Positions 15,374 to 25,540 of a DNA stretch of 64,000 nt are shown piece after piece. Numbering within the stretch: position 1 is the first letter of the stretch; every line of letters begins with the position of its first letter. Location: the IMG/VR virus record IMGVR_UViG_3300032607_000125, positions 1 to 64,000 of that record; one strand, 5' to 3'. The position numbers and the translations under genes are program-made. Under the pieces are notes generated by a model. It saw nothing but the letters and a program-made list of their open reading frames with translations. It was not told where the DNA came from and searched no databases. The stretch comes from a virus.

Positions 15374-16656
15374 GTGAAAGTGCAACATCAGAATCGTTAA
15401 GATTTGCTGGTGATATCTCAATACGCAAACTTCAGTTAGTATCATCTAACAATTTTGCAATTGATATCACAGACCAAATGATTGGCATAGAAATGCATGA
15501 GGATTTATTCTCGCCATTTATTACCATGACTATAGTGGTGAGGGAATCGCTTGACTTTATTAATGCGCTACCATTGCGTGGAGAAGAGATTATAAATGTA
15601 GAGTTTGCTACTCCAACTTTTACTAAAGATAATACTGTAGTAAAAGGTAAATTTTACGTATACAAATTAAGCGATCGTCAATTATTAAATGATAAGAATT
15701 CAGTGTATGCGTTGCATTGTATTTCATATGAAGCTCTTACTGATCTTAACGTTAAACAGTCTAAGGCGTTTAGAGGAAATATTAGCGACATTGCTGAAAC
15801 TCACTTAAAAGTAGATGGATTGAATACAACTAAAAAGTATAACATTGAACCAACTAAGAATGCAACAAAATATGTTTCAAACTTCTGGTCGCCAATTAAG
15901 AATTTAAACTTTATAGCATGTAACGCAATTAATAAAAACGGAAGTGCTTCATATCTATTTTTTGAAAATAGAACAGGATTTAATTTTGTTTCATTAGATT
16001 CTCTCTATGCGCAAGATTCATATCAAGTATTCATAAATGATAACTATACGCGCGATACTAATGGAATAGAATCTTATATAAACATAGATAGAGACTATCA
16101 AAGAATTATAGAATTTAGAATTAAGACACTATATGATTCATTGAAAAATACTAATTCAGGGACGTATGCATCAAGACTATTTGCATATGACTTAGTTAAA
16201 AAGAAATATTTTGCAAAAGACTATATTGCTTCAGCCGACTTTAGTAAGTTTAATCATTTAAATAAACTTCCATTGTATACTAGTTTTAAACCGGTTAGTG
16301 CAGTCAATAGTATACAGACCGACGTAAGGCATTTTGGAATTCATAATGGTTTTGCTGATACGAGCAATGTTGCATTTGAGCAATCTAGAAATTCTGCTCT
16401 TCAGATGCTAAGATCTTCTGTTATAGAGATTGAAGTATTTGGCAGAACTGATTATACTGTAGGACAAAAAATGTATATTGAAGTTCCAAAGCCTACAGTT
16501 ATGGTTAAAACAGATGAAATGAATACTAATGATAAATCTGGAATTATAGACGCAACATATTCTGGAAACTATATTGTGACTGCTATTAATCATATCATTA
16601 ATAGAAACAACCATACTTGTGTTTTAGAATTATCTAAAGAATCGATGATAGCATGA
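15370..16656 (+). CDS. Baseplate hub protein (gp27/VgrG-N-like)
   Basis: Lies between gp53 and gp5; IEMHEDLFSPFIT...YLFFENRTGFNFVSL...YSGNYIVTAINHII. Confidence 0.65.
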   Translation: MSESATSESLRFAGDISIRKLQLVSSNNFAIDITDQMIGIEMHEDLFSPFITMTIVVRESLDFINALPLRGEEIINVEFATPTFTKDNTVVKGKFYVYKLSDRQLLNDKNSVYALHCISYEALTDLNVKQSKAFRGNISDIAETHLKVDGLNTTKKYNIEPTKNATKYVSNFWSPIKNLNFIACNAINKNGSASYLFFENRTGFNFVSLDSLYAQDSYQVFINDNYTRDTNGIESYINIDRDYQRIIEFRIKTLYDSLKNTNSGTYASRLFAYDLVKKKYFAKDYIASADFSKFNHLNKLPLYTSFKPVSAVNSIQTDVRHFGIHNGFADTSNVAFEQSRNSALQMLRSSVIEIEVFGRTDYTVGQKMYIEVPKPTVMVKTDEMNTNDKSGIIDATYSGNYIVTAINHIINRNNHTCVLELSKESMIA

Positions 16657-19124
16657 TATACACTGGCGTAGTAGAAAATAGATATGATCCGTTGAAACTT
16701 GGAAGATGCCAAGTTAGAATAATTGGGTTGCACACGCACGATAAGCAAAAACTTCCAACAGAAGATTTACCTTGGGCATATCCAATGCAGGGTATTACTT
16801 CGGCAGCAATGAGTGGAATAGGTTCAGGGCCATTAGGTTTAGTTGAAGGCACTTCTGTTCTTATAGCATTTCAAGACGCAGATTTACAATATCCAATCAT
16901 GATTGGATCACTTGGTGGCATCCCTCAAAGTGGTAGTAGTAATATTGATGTAGATGATTCTACTTTGCAATTAAAAATTGATGGCGAACTCAAAGAATCA
17001 AATACACAAAGTAACGTAGTAGTTGATGGAAGTGGTAATGCAATTGTAGATGGAAGCGGAACGCCTGTAACGACAACTCAACCTCCAGCAACACTTGAAA
17101 ATACAAATAATCTTAAAAGAGCTGCTGAGTTTACGCCAAGCGTAAACTGCATAGCATTAATTAAACGATTTGAAGGTCTTCGACTTCAATCATATCAAGA
17201 TTCTATTGGCAAATGGACAATTGGTTACGGAACGACCGTGATCAACAAACAACCAGTTGTTGCAAATATGAATATCACTATCGCCCAAGCCGAATCATAT
17301 TTGCTAAGCGATTTAACTGCAGATCACGCAGCATCAGTAAAACGTAACACTAGAGCCCTAATCACGCAATCGATGTTTGATGCGTTAGCGTGTTTTACGT
17401 ATAATGTTGGTAGTGGCAACTTTGCAAGATCTACATTATTAAAAGATTTAAATGCAAGTAAGTATTTAGATTCTGCTGCAGGGTTTCTTCAATGGGATAA
17501 AGCCGGTGGCGTTATTTTAGCAGGATTGACTAAGCGTAGAATAGCTGAAAAAGATTTATTCTTAGCAGATGGAATTCCAAATTCTGCAGGAGAATTGCCG
17601 CCTACAACTCAAACTATTACTGCTGCAGATGGAACTGTCACCCAAAATGCAGTTGGTGCTCAACAATCTGCTCAGAGTGTAAATGGATTTGGTGATCCTA
17701 AAGGCGTGTATCCATTATATATCAATGAACCTGACACTAATAGATTAGCTCGGCACGAAGAGATTAGTAAAACTGTTGTTTATAAAAAAGACGCCGCATT
17801 AGTCACCGGTGTTGAAGTCGCAGGTGGTACTACATGGGATCAATCGCCAAATCCATATAATGCAGCATATCCATTTAATCATGTGATGATGACGGAGTCT
17901 GGCCATATCATGGAATTTGATGATTCACCACATTCAGAACGGATTCATCTATATCATAAATCTGGTACATTTATGGAGATTGATGCAAATGGCACTCAAG
18001 TTAATCGCATCGTTGGTGATGGATATGAAATATACGAGAGAAATGGGTATGTGCATATCAATGGATCTCTTAATGTGACAGTTGATGGCGCAGCAAATGT
18101 ACTCATTAAGAATGGGCTTAATCTAGACGTAAGAGGCGTTGCAAATATCAATGTGTATAATGACGTAAATCTTAATGTAAGTGGATCGCTTAATGCATCT
18201 ATTGCAGAGTCTTTTAAACTTAAAGCATCTTCTGTTATTATTGAAGGTGATAGTGTTGACATTAGATCTAATGGCGCATTAGCAGTAAGTGGTGAAGGTG
18301 ATGTTAATATTAATGCGGGTGGAACGTTGCACGCCGATGGTTCGTTTATAGATATTGCCAATGGAGCTAGTAGTGCTACAACTACTGGCTTGGGTGTGCC
18401 GGGAGATAAGCAAACTGCAGAAATGCCAGAGTTTAATGTCTTGACAGTTATGTCTAGAAGTGCTGGCGCAGCTGGGCAATATGAAACCCCAGATGAAGGT
18501 GATTCATCTGTATTTCAACAAGGTCAGATCAATAGTGGCGCCATCAAATCTGAAGATGTCAATAGTGGCACTTCAACAGATTCAATAATAGCGCCTGCAA
18601 ATAATGTTGCTCCAATTGGCGCTAATTGTGATATCATTATGATGAAGCAAACCTTTGAACCTTCATTTTTACTGTCTAAGAATTATACTCTTGCATCATT
18701 AACTTCTAACGGCAGTAGAATGCCGATTTCGCAGATGGGGTTATCGCCACAAGGCATTGTATGCAATCTAAAAGGACTATGCGAAAACTATTTGGAAATA
18801 ATTAGAAACATATATCCTAACATTATCATTACGTCTGGATTTAGAAGACCCGGAGATGTAGCAGCATCGTCTAAAACATCCGATCATTATCTTGGTACAG
18901 CAGTTGATATTGTGATCCCTAGTCTTGATCGCGCTGGACATTATGAAGCAATTCAAAGAATTCAACAGTTGGTGTCATATGATCAGTTAATTTTAGAATA
19001 TCAAGGCGCTAAAACAGTTTGGATTCATGGATCATTTAAATATACTGGCAATAGAAAACAAATATTCACAATGCGCGATCACCGTAGACTTGGTGATATG
19101 GGCAAATTTACATTAGTCACATGA
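16653..19124 (+). CDS. gp5: Baseplate spike with GH24 lysozyme and C-terminal peptidase M15-like domain
   Basis: OB-fold GVVENRYDPLKLGRCQVRI; lysozyme FEGLRLQSYQDSIGKWTIGYG; YPFNHVMMTESGHIMEFDD and beta-helix; M15 ITSGFR...SDHYLGTAVDI...WIHGSF. Confidence 0.92.
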   Translation: MIYTGVVENRYDPLKLGRCQVRIIGLHTHDKQKLPTEDLPWAYPMQGITSAAMSGIGSGPLGLVEGTSVLIAFQDADLQYPIMIGSLGGIPQSGSSNIDVDDSTLQLKIDGELKESNTQSNVVVDGSGNAIVDGSGTPVTTTQPPATLENTNNLKRAAEFTPSVNCIALIKRFEGLRLQSYQDSIGKWTIGYGTTVINKQPVVANMNITIAQAESYLLSDLTADHAASVKRNTRALITQSMFDALACFTYNVGSGNFARSTLLKDLNASKYLDSAAGFLQWDKAGGVILAGLTKRRIAEKDLFLADGIPNSAGELPPTTQTITAADGTVTQNAVGAQQSAQSVNGFGDPKGVYPLYINEPDTNRLARHEEISKTVVYKKDAALVTGVEVAGGTTWDQSPNPYNAAYPFNHVMMTESGHIMEFDDSPHSERIHLYHKSGTFMEIDANGTQVNRIVGDGYEIYERNGYVHINGSLNVTVDGAANVLIKNGLNLDVRGVANINVYNDVNLNVSGSLNASIAESFKLKASSVIIEGDSVDIRSNGALAVSGEGDVNINAGGTLHADGSFIDIANGASSATTTGLGVPGDKQTAEMPEFNVLTVMSRSAGAAGQYETPDEGDSSVFQQGQINSGAIKSEDVNSGTSTDSIIAPANNVAPIGANCDIIMMKQTFEPSFLLSKNYTLASLTSNGSRMPISQMGLSPQGIVCNLKGLCENYLEIIRNIYPNIIITSGFRRPGDVAASSKTSDHYLGTAVDIVIPSLDRAGHYEAIQRIQQLVSYDQLILEYQGAKTVWIHGSFKYTGNRKQIFTMRDHRRLGDMGKFTLVT

Positions 19125-19672
19125 CAATATTAATGACAATCACTCCAACGAGTGTGCCAGATATTGCAGACAACGCAGTAGAATTTGGCGGAGCAGACGC
19201 TTTAAGTAGATTTCCACCAGTTAGAGAATATATTGATACCTTTGAATTTTCCGCTACATTTTCTGGAGTTATAGATGAAGTTACACTTACTGCTCCAGAG
19301 TTGACTATAACTAATGTAGAGATCAGTCCAACTATTACTGGAATTGTAAGTACTTTTTCTGGAAACACTATAAATATATCTGGTATAGCTTCTAATGTAT
19401 TTTTAAATAAGTACTATCAGTTCAAAATGAACGATGAAAGCATAAAGATCTTACCTCCAAATACAGTTGAAGATTTTTATGGTGTCATAAAATATCAACC
19501 AGATTATGTAAGATACGTCGAAATTACTTATTTTATTACATTCTCAGTAATGTCTACAGATCCATTAGCGCCGGGTTTATCTACATCTACATACGTTGCA
19601 ATGCAAACAGTGAATAATGATTGGGAAGCGAATAGGTTAATCCTAAAACAATTAGTAGCACAGGGGCATTAA
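19121..19672 (+). CDS. Hypothetical baseplate-region protein
   Basis: 183-aa ORF coupled to gp5 (ATGA overlap). Confidence 0.7.
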   Translation: MTILMTITPTSVPDIADNAVEFGGADALSRFPPVREYIDTFEFSATFSGVIDEVTLTAPELTITNVEISPTITGIVSTFSGNTINISGIASNVFLNKYYQFKMNDESIKILPPNTVEDFYGVIKYQPDYVRYVEITYFITFSVMSTDPLAPGLSTSTYVAMQTVNNDWEANRLILKQLVAQGH

Positions 19673-19975
19673 ATGGCGGCAGTAGCACTAGAAGGTCACG
19701 GTTCAACAGGTCATTCTTGTTTTCCTCCAACATCAACTGAGAGTGGATTTTCATCTAAGACTAATTTTGAAGGTCTACCATGTCAATTGCTAGGATTGAC
19801 CAAATACGTTAATCATGCCTGCGGTAGAGCACAACACGTTGGAGCAACTCGTAACGTATCGAGTGGCAGCGGAAAAGTAAACATAGAAGGAAAAGCCGCA
19901 GTGCGAATAGGCGATTCTATTGCATGCGGCGATACTATAGCTCAAGGTGCTTCTAAAGTCTTTATTGGTGGATAA
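19673..19975 (+). CDS. PAAR-type spike tip (gp5.4-like)
   Basis: GHSCFPP...HAC...KAAVRIGDSIACGDTIAQGASKVFIGG. Confidence 0.88.
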   Translation: MAAVALEGHGSTGHSCFPPTSTESGFSSKTNFEGLPCQLLGLTKYVNHACGRAQHVGATRNVSSGSGKVNIEGKAAVRIGDSIACGDTIAQGASKVFIGG

Positions 19976-19982
19976 ATAACAT

Positions 19983-20372
19983 ATGGCTAAAATAAGAACA
20001 TTCTCCGATTTAGATCTGAATTTTACAGCAAATCCAGTATCTAAAGACGTCTCAAAGAAATATGATGAGAACGCAATAAAGCAATCTATCAAAAATCTTA
20101 TTATGACACGAAATTTCGAAAGACCATTTCGTAGCGACATTGGTTCTCAAATAAAAACACTTATGTTTGAACCAATAACGCCAATGCTTTCAGCACTTGT
20201 TAAAAAGACTATAGAAAACACTCTTAATTCTTATGAACCTAGAGCTAATATTCTTGACATTTCAGTGTTGCTAAGTCCAGACAATAATGGAATATACGTA
20301 ACTATAGTATTTGCAATAGTTAACACGAGTACACCTATAAGTGTTGATCTATTTCTAGAAAGAACCCGCTAA
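19983..20372 (+). CDS. gp25: Baseplate wedge subunit
   Basis: FSDLDLNF...AIKQSIKNLIMT...ERPFRSDIGS...YEPRA. Confidence 0.93.
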   Translation: MAKIRTFSDLDLNFTANPVSKDVSKKYDENAIKQSIKNLIMTRNFERPFRSDIGSQIKTLMFEPITPMLSALVKKTIENTLNSYEPRANILDISVLLSPDNNGIYVTIVFAIVNTSTPISVDLFLERTR

Positions 20373-22180
20373 TGGCAACAAATAATAAAATTAATATATC
20401 TGAGTTGGATTTTGATAACATCAAATCTAGTCTAAAAGATTATTTAAAAGGCCAAGATCAATTTACAGACTATGACTTTGAAGGCTCAGCTATTAACGTT
20501 TTACTTGATATTCTAGCATACAATACGCACTATAACGCAATGTATACTAATTTAGCAGTCAATGAAATGTTTCTAGATTCTGCAAGTAAAAGAGATAGCG
20601 TAGTCTCTATTGCTAATAACTATGGGTATTTGCCTCTTTCTAAAGCATGCGCAAAAGCAAATATTAGTATGACAGTAGGCGTTGGCGTTTCAACTGCTAA
20701 TATATTATCTATTCCAACATCAACACCTTTCACTTCTTCTATAAATGGCGTGGATTATGCTTTCTATACGCGCAGTGAAACCGTTGGAGTTTCTAATGGC
20801 ACCAATTTTGTTTTTGACCGTATAGAAATATTTGAAGGTACCCCAGTAACTGAAAAATTTACAGTCTTTGCAAACTCTTCAATAGTTCTTCAAAACATTA
20901 ATATTGACACAAACACTATTAGAGTTACAATTCAAGATATTGCAAATTCGTTTTCATCTTCAGTATATATATATTCTGAAAAAATGATAGGACTAGTTCC
21001 TACAAGTGAAATTTATTTTATCAAAGAAGTAGAAGGTGGATTATACCAAATTTATTTTGGTAAAGATAATCTTGGTAAAGAACCTGGTATTGGGTCTGTT
21101 GTCACTGTTGATTATATTGTAACAGGTGGATCTACTGGCAATGGTGTAGCACTATTTACTTATGCAGGACCAAATCTGCCAAATGCTCCAACTATATCAG
21201 TATTAAATATTGCAACTGGCGGTAGAGATGCTGAAAAAATTGATGAAATAAAATATAACGTATCACATAAATATAAGATTCAAGATAGAGCAGTCACTGC
21301 TAGTGATTATATTGATATCATTCAAACTGCATATCCAGATATTGATGCGATTAATTGTTGGGGCGGCGAAACAATGTCTCCTCCAATTTATGGAAGAATT
21401 TACATTTCTATAAAACCAAAGACAAGTTTGTTCTTATCAAGTAGTGAAAAGAACTACATTATAGAATCTATAATTGCTCCAAAATCAATGCTGGGCATAT
21501 CTCCTATTTTAATAGATCCTATTTATACGACTGTAGAAATAAACTCTACAGTATACTATGATCCAAATTCTAGTTCTAAGTCATCTACACAGTTAACTGA
21601 CTTAGTTCGCCAAACAATAGTGGACTATAATAATTTAAGTTTGCAAAAGTTTGATGGCGTTTTAAGATATTCAAGATTAATTGGAGCAATTGATGATGCA
21701 GACACTAGCATCATCAATAACATTACTACTATAAAGTTAAGAAGAATTATAGACACAGTGTTTAACTCAACTACTAAATATAATGTAGACATTGGAAACC
21801 GGATTTATTCTTCTGGTGTTCCAGTAGAAGCAGTTATGACTAATGCGTTTTATATAGATGACAGTGGAACTAAATATTATATAGATGATGATGCATTGGG
21901 TAACTTAAGATTGTTTTATTATAATCCTTTAGATTATTCTAAAGTGTTTACTAATTTAAAAATTGGCACAGTCAACTATACGGCTGGCACAATATCTATC
22001 ACTAACTTATTTGTGACTGGTGTTGCAGAATCAAATCTTGAAGTTATAATTAAGCCACAGTCTAACGACATTTTATCTAAACATAATCAAATTGTAAACA
22101 TTAGTTTAGACAATTTAACTATTAAAGTAGTATCAGAACTTTCAGGCACATCCCATCAGTTTGCATCTAGTAGAACATAA
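20372..22180 (+). CDS. gp6: Baseplate wedge subunit
   Basis: SELDFDNIK...FTDYDFEGSA...LAYNTHYNA...QDRAVTASDY. Confidence 0.93.
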   Translation: MATNNKINISELDFDNIKSSLKDYLKGQDQFTDYDFEGSAINVLLDILAYNTHYNAMYTNLAVNEMFLDSASKRDSVVSIANNYGYLPLSKACAKANISMTVGVGVSTANILSIPTSTPFTSSINGVDYAFYTRSETVGVSNGTNFVFDRIEIFEGTPVTEKFTVFANSSIVLQNINIDTNTIRVTIQDIANSFSSSVYIYSEKMIGLVPTSEIYFIKEVEGGLYQIYFGKDNLGKEPGIGSVVTVDYIVTGGSTGNGVALFTYAGPNLPNAPTISVLNIATGGRDAEKIDEIKYNVSHKYKIQDRAVTASDYIDIIQTAYPDIDAINCWGGETMSPPIYGRIYISIKPKTSLFLSSSEKNYIIESIIAPKSMLGISPILIDPIYTTVEINSTVYYDPNSSSKSSTQLTDLVRQTIVDYNNLSLQKFDGVLRYSRLIGAIDDADTSIINNITTIKLRRIIDTVFNSTTKYNVDIGNRIYSSGVPVEAVMTNAFYIDDSGTKYYIDDDALGNLRLFYYNPLDYSKVFTNLKIGTVNYTAGTISITNLFVTGVAESNLEVIIKPQSNDILSKHNQIVNISLDNLTIKVVSELSGTSHQFASSRT

Positions 22181-24939
22181 TGGATAAAACACCAATCTCT
22201 ATAGCATTAGAACGTCAAATTCCTGAATTTATTCGGGAAGAATACGTAGTATTTGTTGAATTTATAAAAGCGTACTATGCTTTTTTAGATCAAACGCAAC
22301 AGCGAAATTTAGAAGATATTCGTTCTATTGAGAATACGCTTGACGAATTTGTCATTAGATTTAAAAAAGAACTTTCTGTAGTATTTCCAACAAATTCATT
22401 AGTAAATGAAAGATTTATCTTACAGCGTATTCGCGAATTTTATAAAACTCGTGGATCTAGTGAGTCATTTAAATTCTTATTTAGAACACTGTTTAATAAA
22501 GAAGCTGAGATATACTATCCATCAAAGCAAATTTTAAGAGCGTCTGATGGCAGTTGGATTTTAGAAAAATCTATATTTGTTCAGGCAACCTCAAGCGACC
22601 TATTTGCTTTAGGTGGTAAGATTATAACTATAGTCACAGACATGAAGACTATTAGTGTATTCTGCCCACGGGTAGTATATTATCGCGAAAACATATATGA
22701 AGTGTTTATCGATAGATCGTACATTGAAGACATTTCACTTGGAAATGTAGTATCATTTGATGATGGATTGCATTCTGGTATTATTATTCCATGTCCATCT
22801 ACATACACAATTGTATCTGGTGGTAGTGGGTTTGAACTAGGTGCACTATATCATTTGCCATCAGAAACTGGCGATGGGTCATTAGTAAAAATCACAAGAA
22901 TTGATACTAATGGCGCTATTAGAAAAATTCAAATAATTAGTTTTGGATTAGATTATCAGTCAGTATTTTATGCAAAACTTAGTAATAAGACGCGCCAAGC
23001 GTTTGCGTATTATAATCCTATAACATCATTCACAGTTGGTGCAGGACATCCTGCTGGATTATACCCTACAACGTCATTTACAAATGGAACTCCATACGCT
23101 GATGGCACAACTGGATATATTGATTTAGGTTATATCAATAGACAAAATTATTTTGCATACGATAGTGCATATCTACCAGCGACAAATGCAAATGAAACTG
23201 TGTTTTATGCAGATGGTACGTATGTAGGTGAAATTATAGGATCATTCTATACGAACAATTCTAATGATAATGCTATAGATGATACGTTAGCTGAAATTAA
23301 AATTGAACTTGGACCAGTTGCAATTTATCCTGGATACTATTCTAAGAGTGATGGGTTTATTTCAGATGAATCATTTATTCAAGATGGTAAGTATTATCAG
23401 TTATTTTCATACGTAATTAAAGTTGAACAACAGGTAGATTCATACCGCGATATTATAAAAGCGCTATTACATCCTGCTGGTTTTGAGATGTTTGCAGAAT
23501 ATAACATTAAGAACACGTATCTACTATCAGCTACACCTCTTCAAGCATTTATTCGTCGACAGTTTACAGAGCAAGAATACATTACTGATGACGAAGGCGC
23601 AAGGGCAGTTTACAAATTCTTAGATGATTTGCAAGCAACATACCATGATGATGATGATGACATTAAAGATGTCATTAAAAGAGTCGCTGAACTTGTGGAT
23701 TCTACCGAATCTAAGTATTATAATATGTTAAAAGGTTCTGCAATAGATCCTATAGAAAATAGTCTTGCAACTTCATATCATGCAGATACGACTGATGTAA
23801 AAAATAATATCAAGATAACCAGCGATACCGCGCCATCATATCACGTGGATACGACTGATGTAAAAAATGCAGTTAAAGGAACTATTGGTGATACCGCACC
23901 GTCGTATCACGTGGATACGACTGATGTAAAAGACGTGTTAAAAGGTTCTGTTGGTAGTCCAGTTGAGAACGCAATCACTACAATTAGTCATAATGCTAGT
24001 AGTGACATTAAGGACATGACTCCTAAGTATGAAGAATTTGAACCTATAAATGAAGTATTAAATAGAACTGTTATATACAATAGATCTATTATTCCTCTTG
24101 AGACTGACACTGCTGCTAACGTTGATCAGTATGGATCAACGTTTACGCCTAGTACATACGTTGAGACTCTTACTACTGCTGGTGGCGATTGGTCTTGGAA
24201 TGGAACTACGTACATTTTAAATTATCCAGAAATTAGAATTGGTAGTGGGTTTATTCGTTCGCCAAATTTGTTGGGGTTTCAAGCAACATTAGTAGCAGGA
24301 TCTAATTTAGTAACATTAACAAATGGAACTACTGCAGGAATGTATAATGGATTAGTTCCATCTGTATCTTCTGGTTCTGGCACATTTGGAGCATTGACTA
24401 GAATTTTTAATATCATTGATTCTACATCATTTACGACTACTATAAATCATACAACTAGTGGTAGTATAACATTCTATATTGTTGGCGATACAGCGCAACT
24501 TGGAGAAACGCTGTCTTCTCCAATAGATGCTGGACCAGACGGATCTATTCAGGGATTAGTTAAATTTGCATTATCTGGTAATTCATGGAATCAAATAATA
24601 ACTACTGCTGATTCGCTCACAAGTGCAACAGTTTATAATAGAGCTATTGTTCCACTAGCGACCGATTCCACGGGAACTACTGACAAAGCGCCTGATGGAT
24701 CTACTCAAGGGTTAGTTAAATTTGCATTATCTGGTGCTACTTGGATAGATATAACTTTACCTGGCGATTCTATCCCATTTAATGTTTACACAAATAAGTA
24801 CGTGGATAGTATAAATAATACAAATACAGGAACATTGTACTATAATGTGTACAATCAAAACGACGCTGCAGATCCTAATACTTCATATTCTTATGAAGCA
24901 GAAGTATATTCAGTACACGACATGAGAGCAATCTCTTAA
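22180..24939 (+). CDS. gp7: Baseplate wedge initiator (gp7-like) with repeat-rich C-terminal extension
   Basis: QIPEFIREEY...FYKTRGSSESFKFLFRTLF...IQDGKYYQLFSYVIK...HPAGFEMF; lies after gp6. Confidence 0.7.
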   Translation: MDKTPISIALERQIPEFIREEYVVFVEFIKAYYAFLDQTQQRNLEDIRSIENTLDEFVIRFKKELSVVFPTNSLVNERFILQRIREFYKTRGSSESFKFLFRTLFNKEAEIYYPSKQILRASDGSWILEKSIFVQATSSDLFALGGKIITIVTDMKTISVFCPRVVYYRENIYEVFIDRSYIEDISLGNVVSFDDGLHSGIIIPCPSTYTIVSGGSGFELGALYHLPSETGDGSLVKITRIDTNGAIRKIQIISFGLDYQSVFYAKLSNKTRQAFAYYNPITSFTVGAGHPAGLYPTTSFTNGTPYADGTTGYIDLGYINRQNYFAYDSAYLPATNANETVFYADGTYVGEIIGSFYTNNSNDNAIDDTLAEIKIELGPVAIYPGYYSKSDGFISDESFIQDGKYYQLFSYVIKVEQQVDSYRDIIKALLHPAGFEMFAEYNIKNTYLLSATPLQAFIRRQFTEQEYITDDEGARAVYKFLDDLQATYHDDDDDIKDVIKRVAELVDSTESKYYNMLKGSAIDPIENSLATSYHADTTDVKNNIKITSDTAPSYHVDTTDVKNAVKGTIGDTAPSYHVDTTDVKDVLKGSVGSPVENAITTISHNASSDIKDMTPKYEEFEPINEVLNRTVIYNRSIIPLETDTAANVDQYGSTFTPSTYVETLTTAGGDWSWNGTTYILNYPEIRIGSGFIRSPNLLGFQATLVAGSNLVTLTNGTTAGMYNGLVPSVSSGSGTFGALTRIFNIIDSTSFTTTINHTTSGSITFYIVGDTAQLGETLSSPIDAGPDGSIQGLVKFALSGNSWNQIITTADSLTSATVYNRAIVPLATDSTGTTDKAPDGSTQGLVKFALSGATWIDITLPGDSIPFNVYTNKYVDSINNTNTGTLYYNVYNQNDAADPNTSYSYEAEVYSVHDMRAIS
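23773..23934 (+). repeat. Three in-frame tandem repeats (63/66-nt period) encoding SYH(A/V)DTTDVK
   Basis: Identical core GATACGACTGATGTAAAA at 23785, 23848 and 23914. Confidence 0.9.
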
Positions 24940-24956
24940 TTTAAAAAGGTATAAAA

Positions 24957-25493
24957 ATGATTTTAATTCCTCAATTCAGAAATATCATCGAAGCTGGTGG
25001 TACTTTACAAATCGCGCATTTTGGTCCAGATGGTGAACTCATCGAAGAACGCATGTATTCTAATATCGTTACGACTATTGGCAAACAATGGATTGCAGCT
25101 CGTATGAAAACTTCTGGCATTCCACTTGAAATGTCATATATGTCAGTTGGTGGTAATGCAACTGTTGGTTCTAATCCAGCTAAAACTACTCCAGTAATTG
25201 GCGATCAAGCGCTTTCAACTGGTGGGTCTCCTGCTTTATCAGAATTAGCACGTGTTGGTCTGACTACGTCAGGTGGTAGTGTTTCTGGCGCTGTTGTTAC
25301 TTATGCAGCCACATTTGCTGCAGGGACTGGCACTGGTTCACTAATTGAAGCAGGTATTTTTAACGTTGCAACTGGCCCTGTTCAAGGATCTGGTTCCATT
25401 ACGGCGGCTATGCTTTGCAAGACTTCATTTGACGTTGTCAATAAAGCTGCAAACGATTCTATCGCTATCACTTGGACTGTAACTATTCAATAA
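24957..25493 (+). CDS. Virion structural protein (baseplate region)
   Basis: NIVTTIGKQWIAARM...GTGSLIEAGIFN...ITWTVTIQ; lies between gp7 and gp8. Confidence 0.7.
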   Translation: MILIPQFRNIIEAGGTLQIAHFGPDGELIEERMYSNIVTTIGKQWIAARMKTSGIPLEMSYMSVGGNATVGSNPAKTTPVIGDQALSTGGSPALSELARVGLTTSGGSVSGAVVTYAATFAAGTGTGSLIEAGIFNVATGPVQGSGSITAAMLCKTSFDVVNKAANDSIAITWTVTIQ

Positions 25494-25540
25494 TTGACTA
25501 TTTGCATTGTACTCTTATACGATTAAAAAGAAAATAATAA

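Noticed and set aside
23773-23934. CRISPR-like periodic repeat (18-nt core every 63-66 nt)
   Set aside because: The repeats are in frame inside gp7, the 'spacers' are themselves similar, there are only three copies, and there is no palindrome, leader or cas gene.
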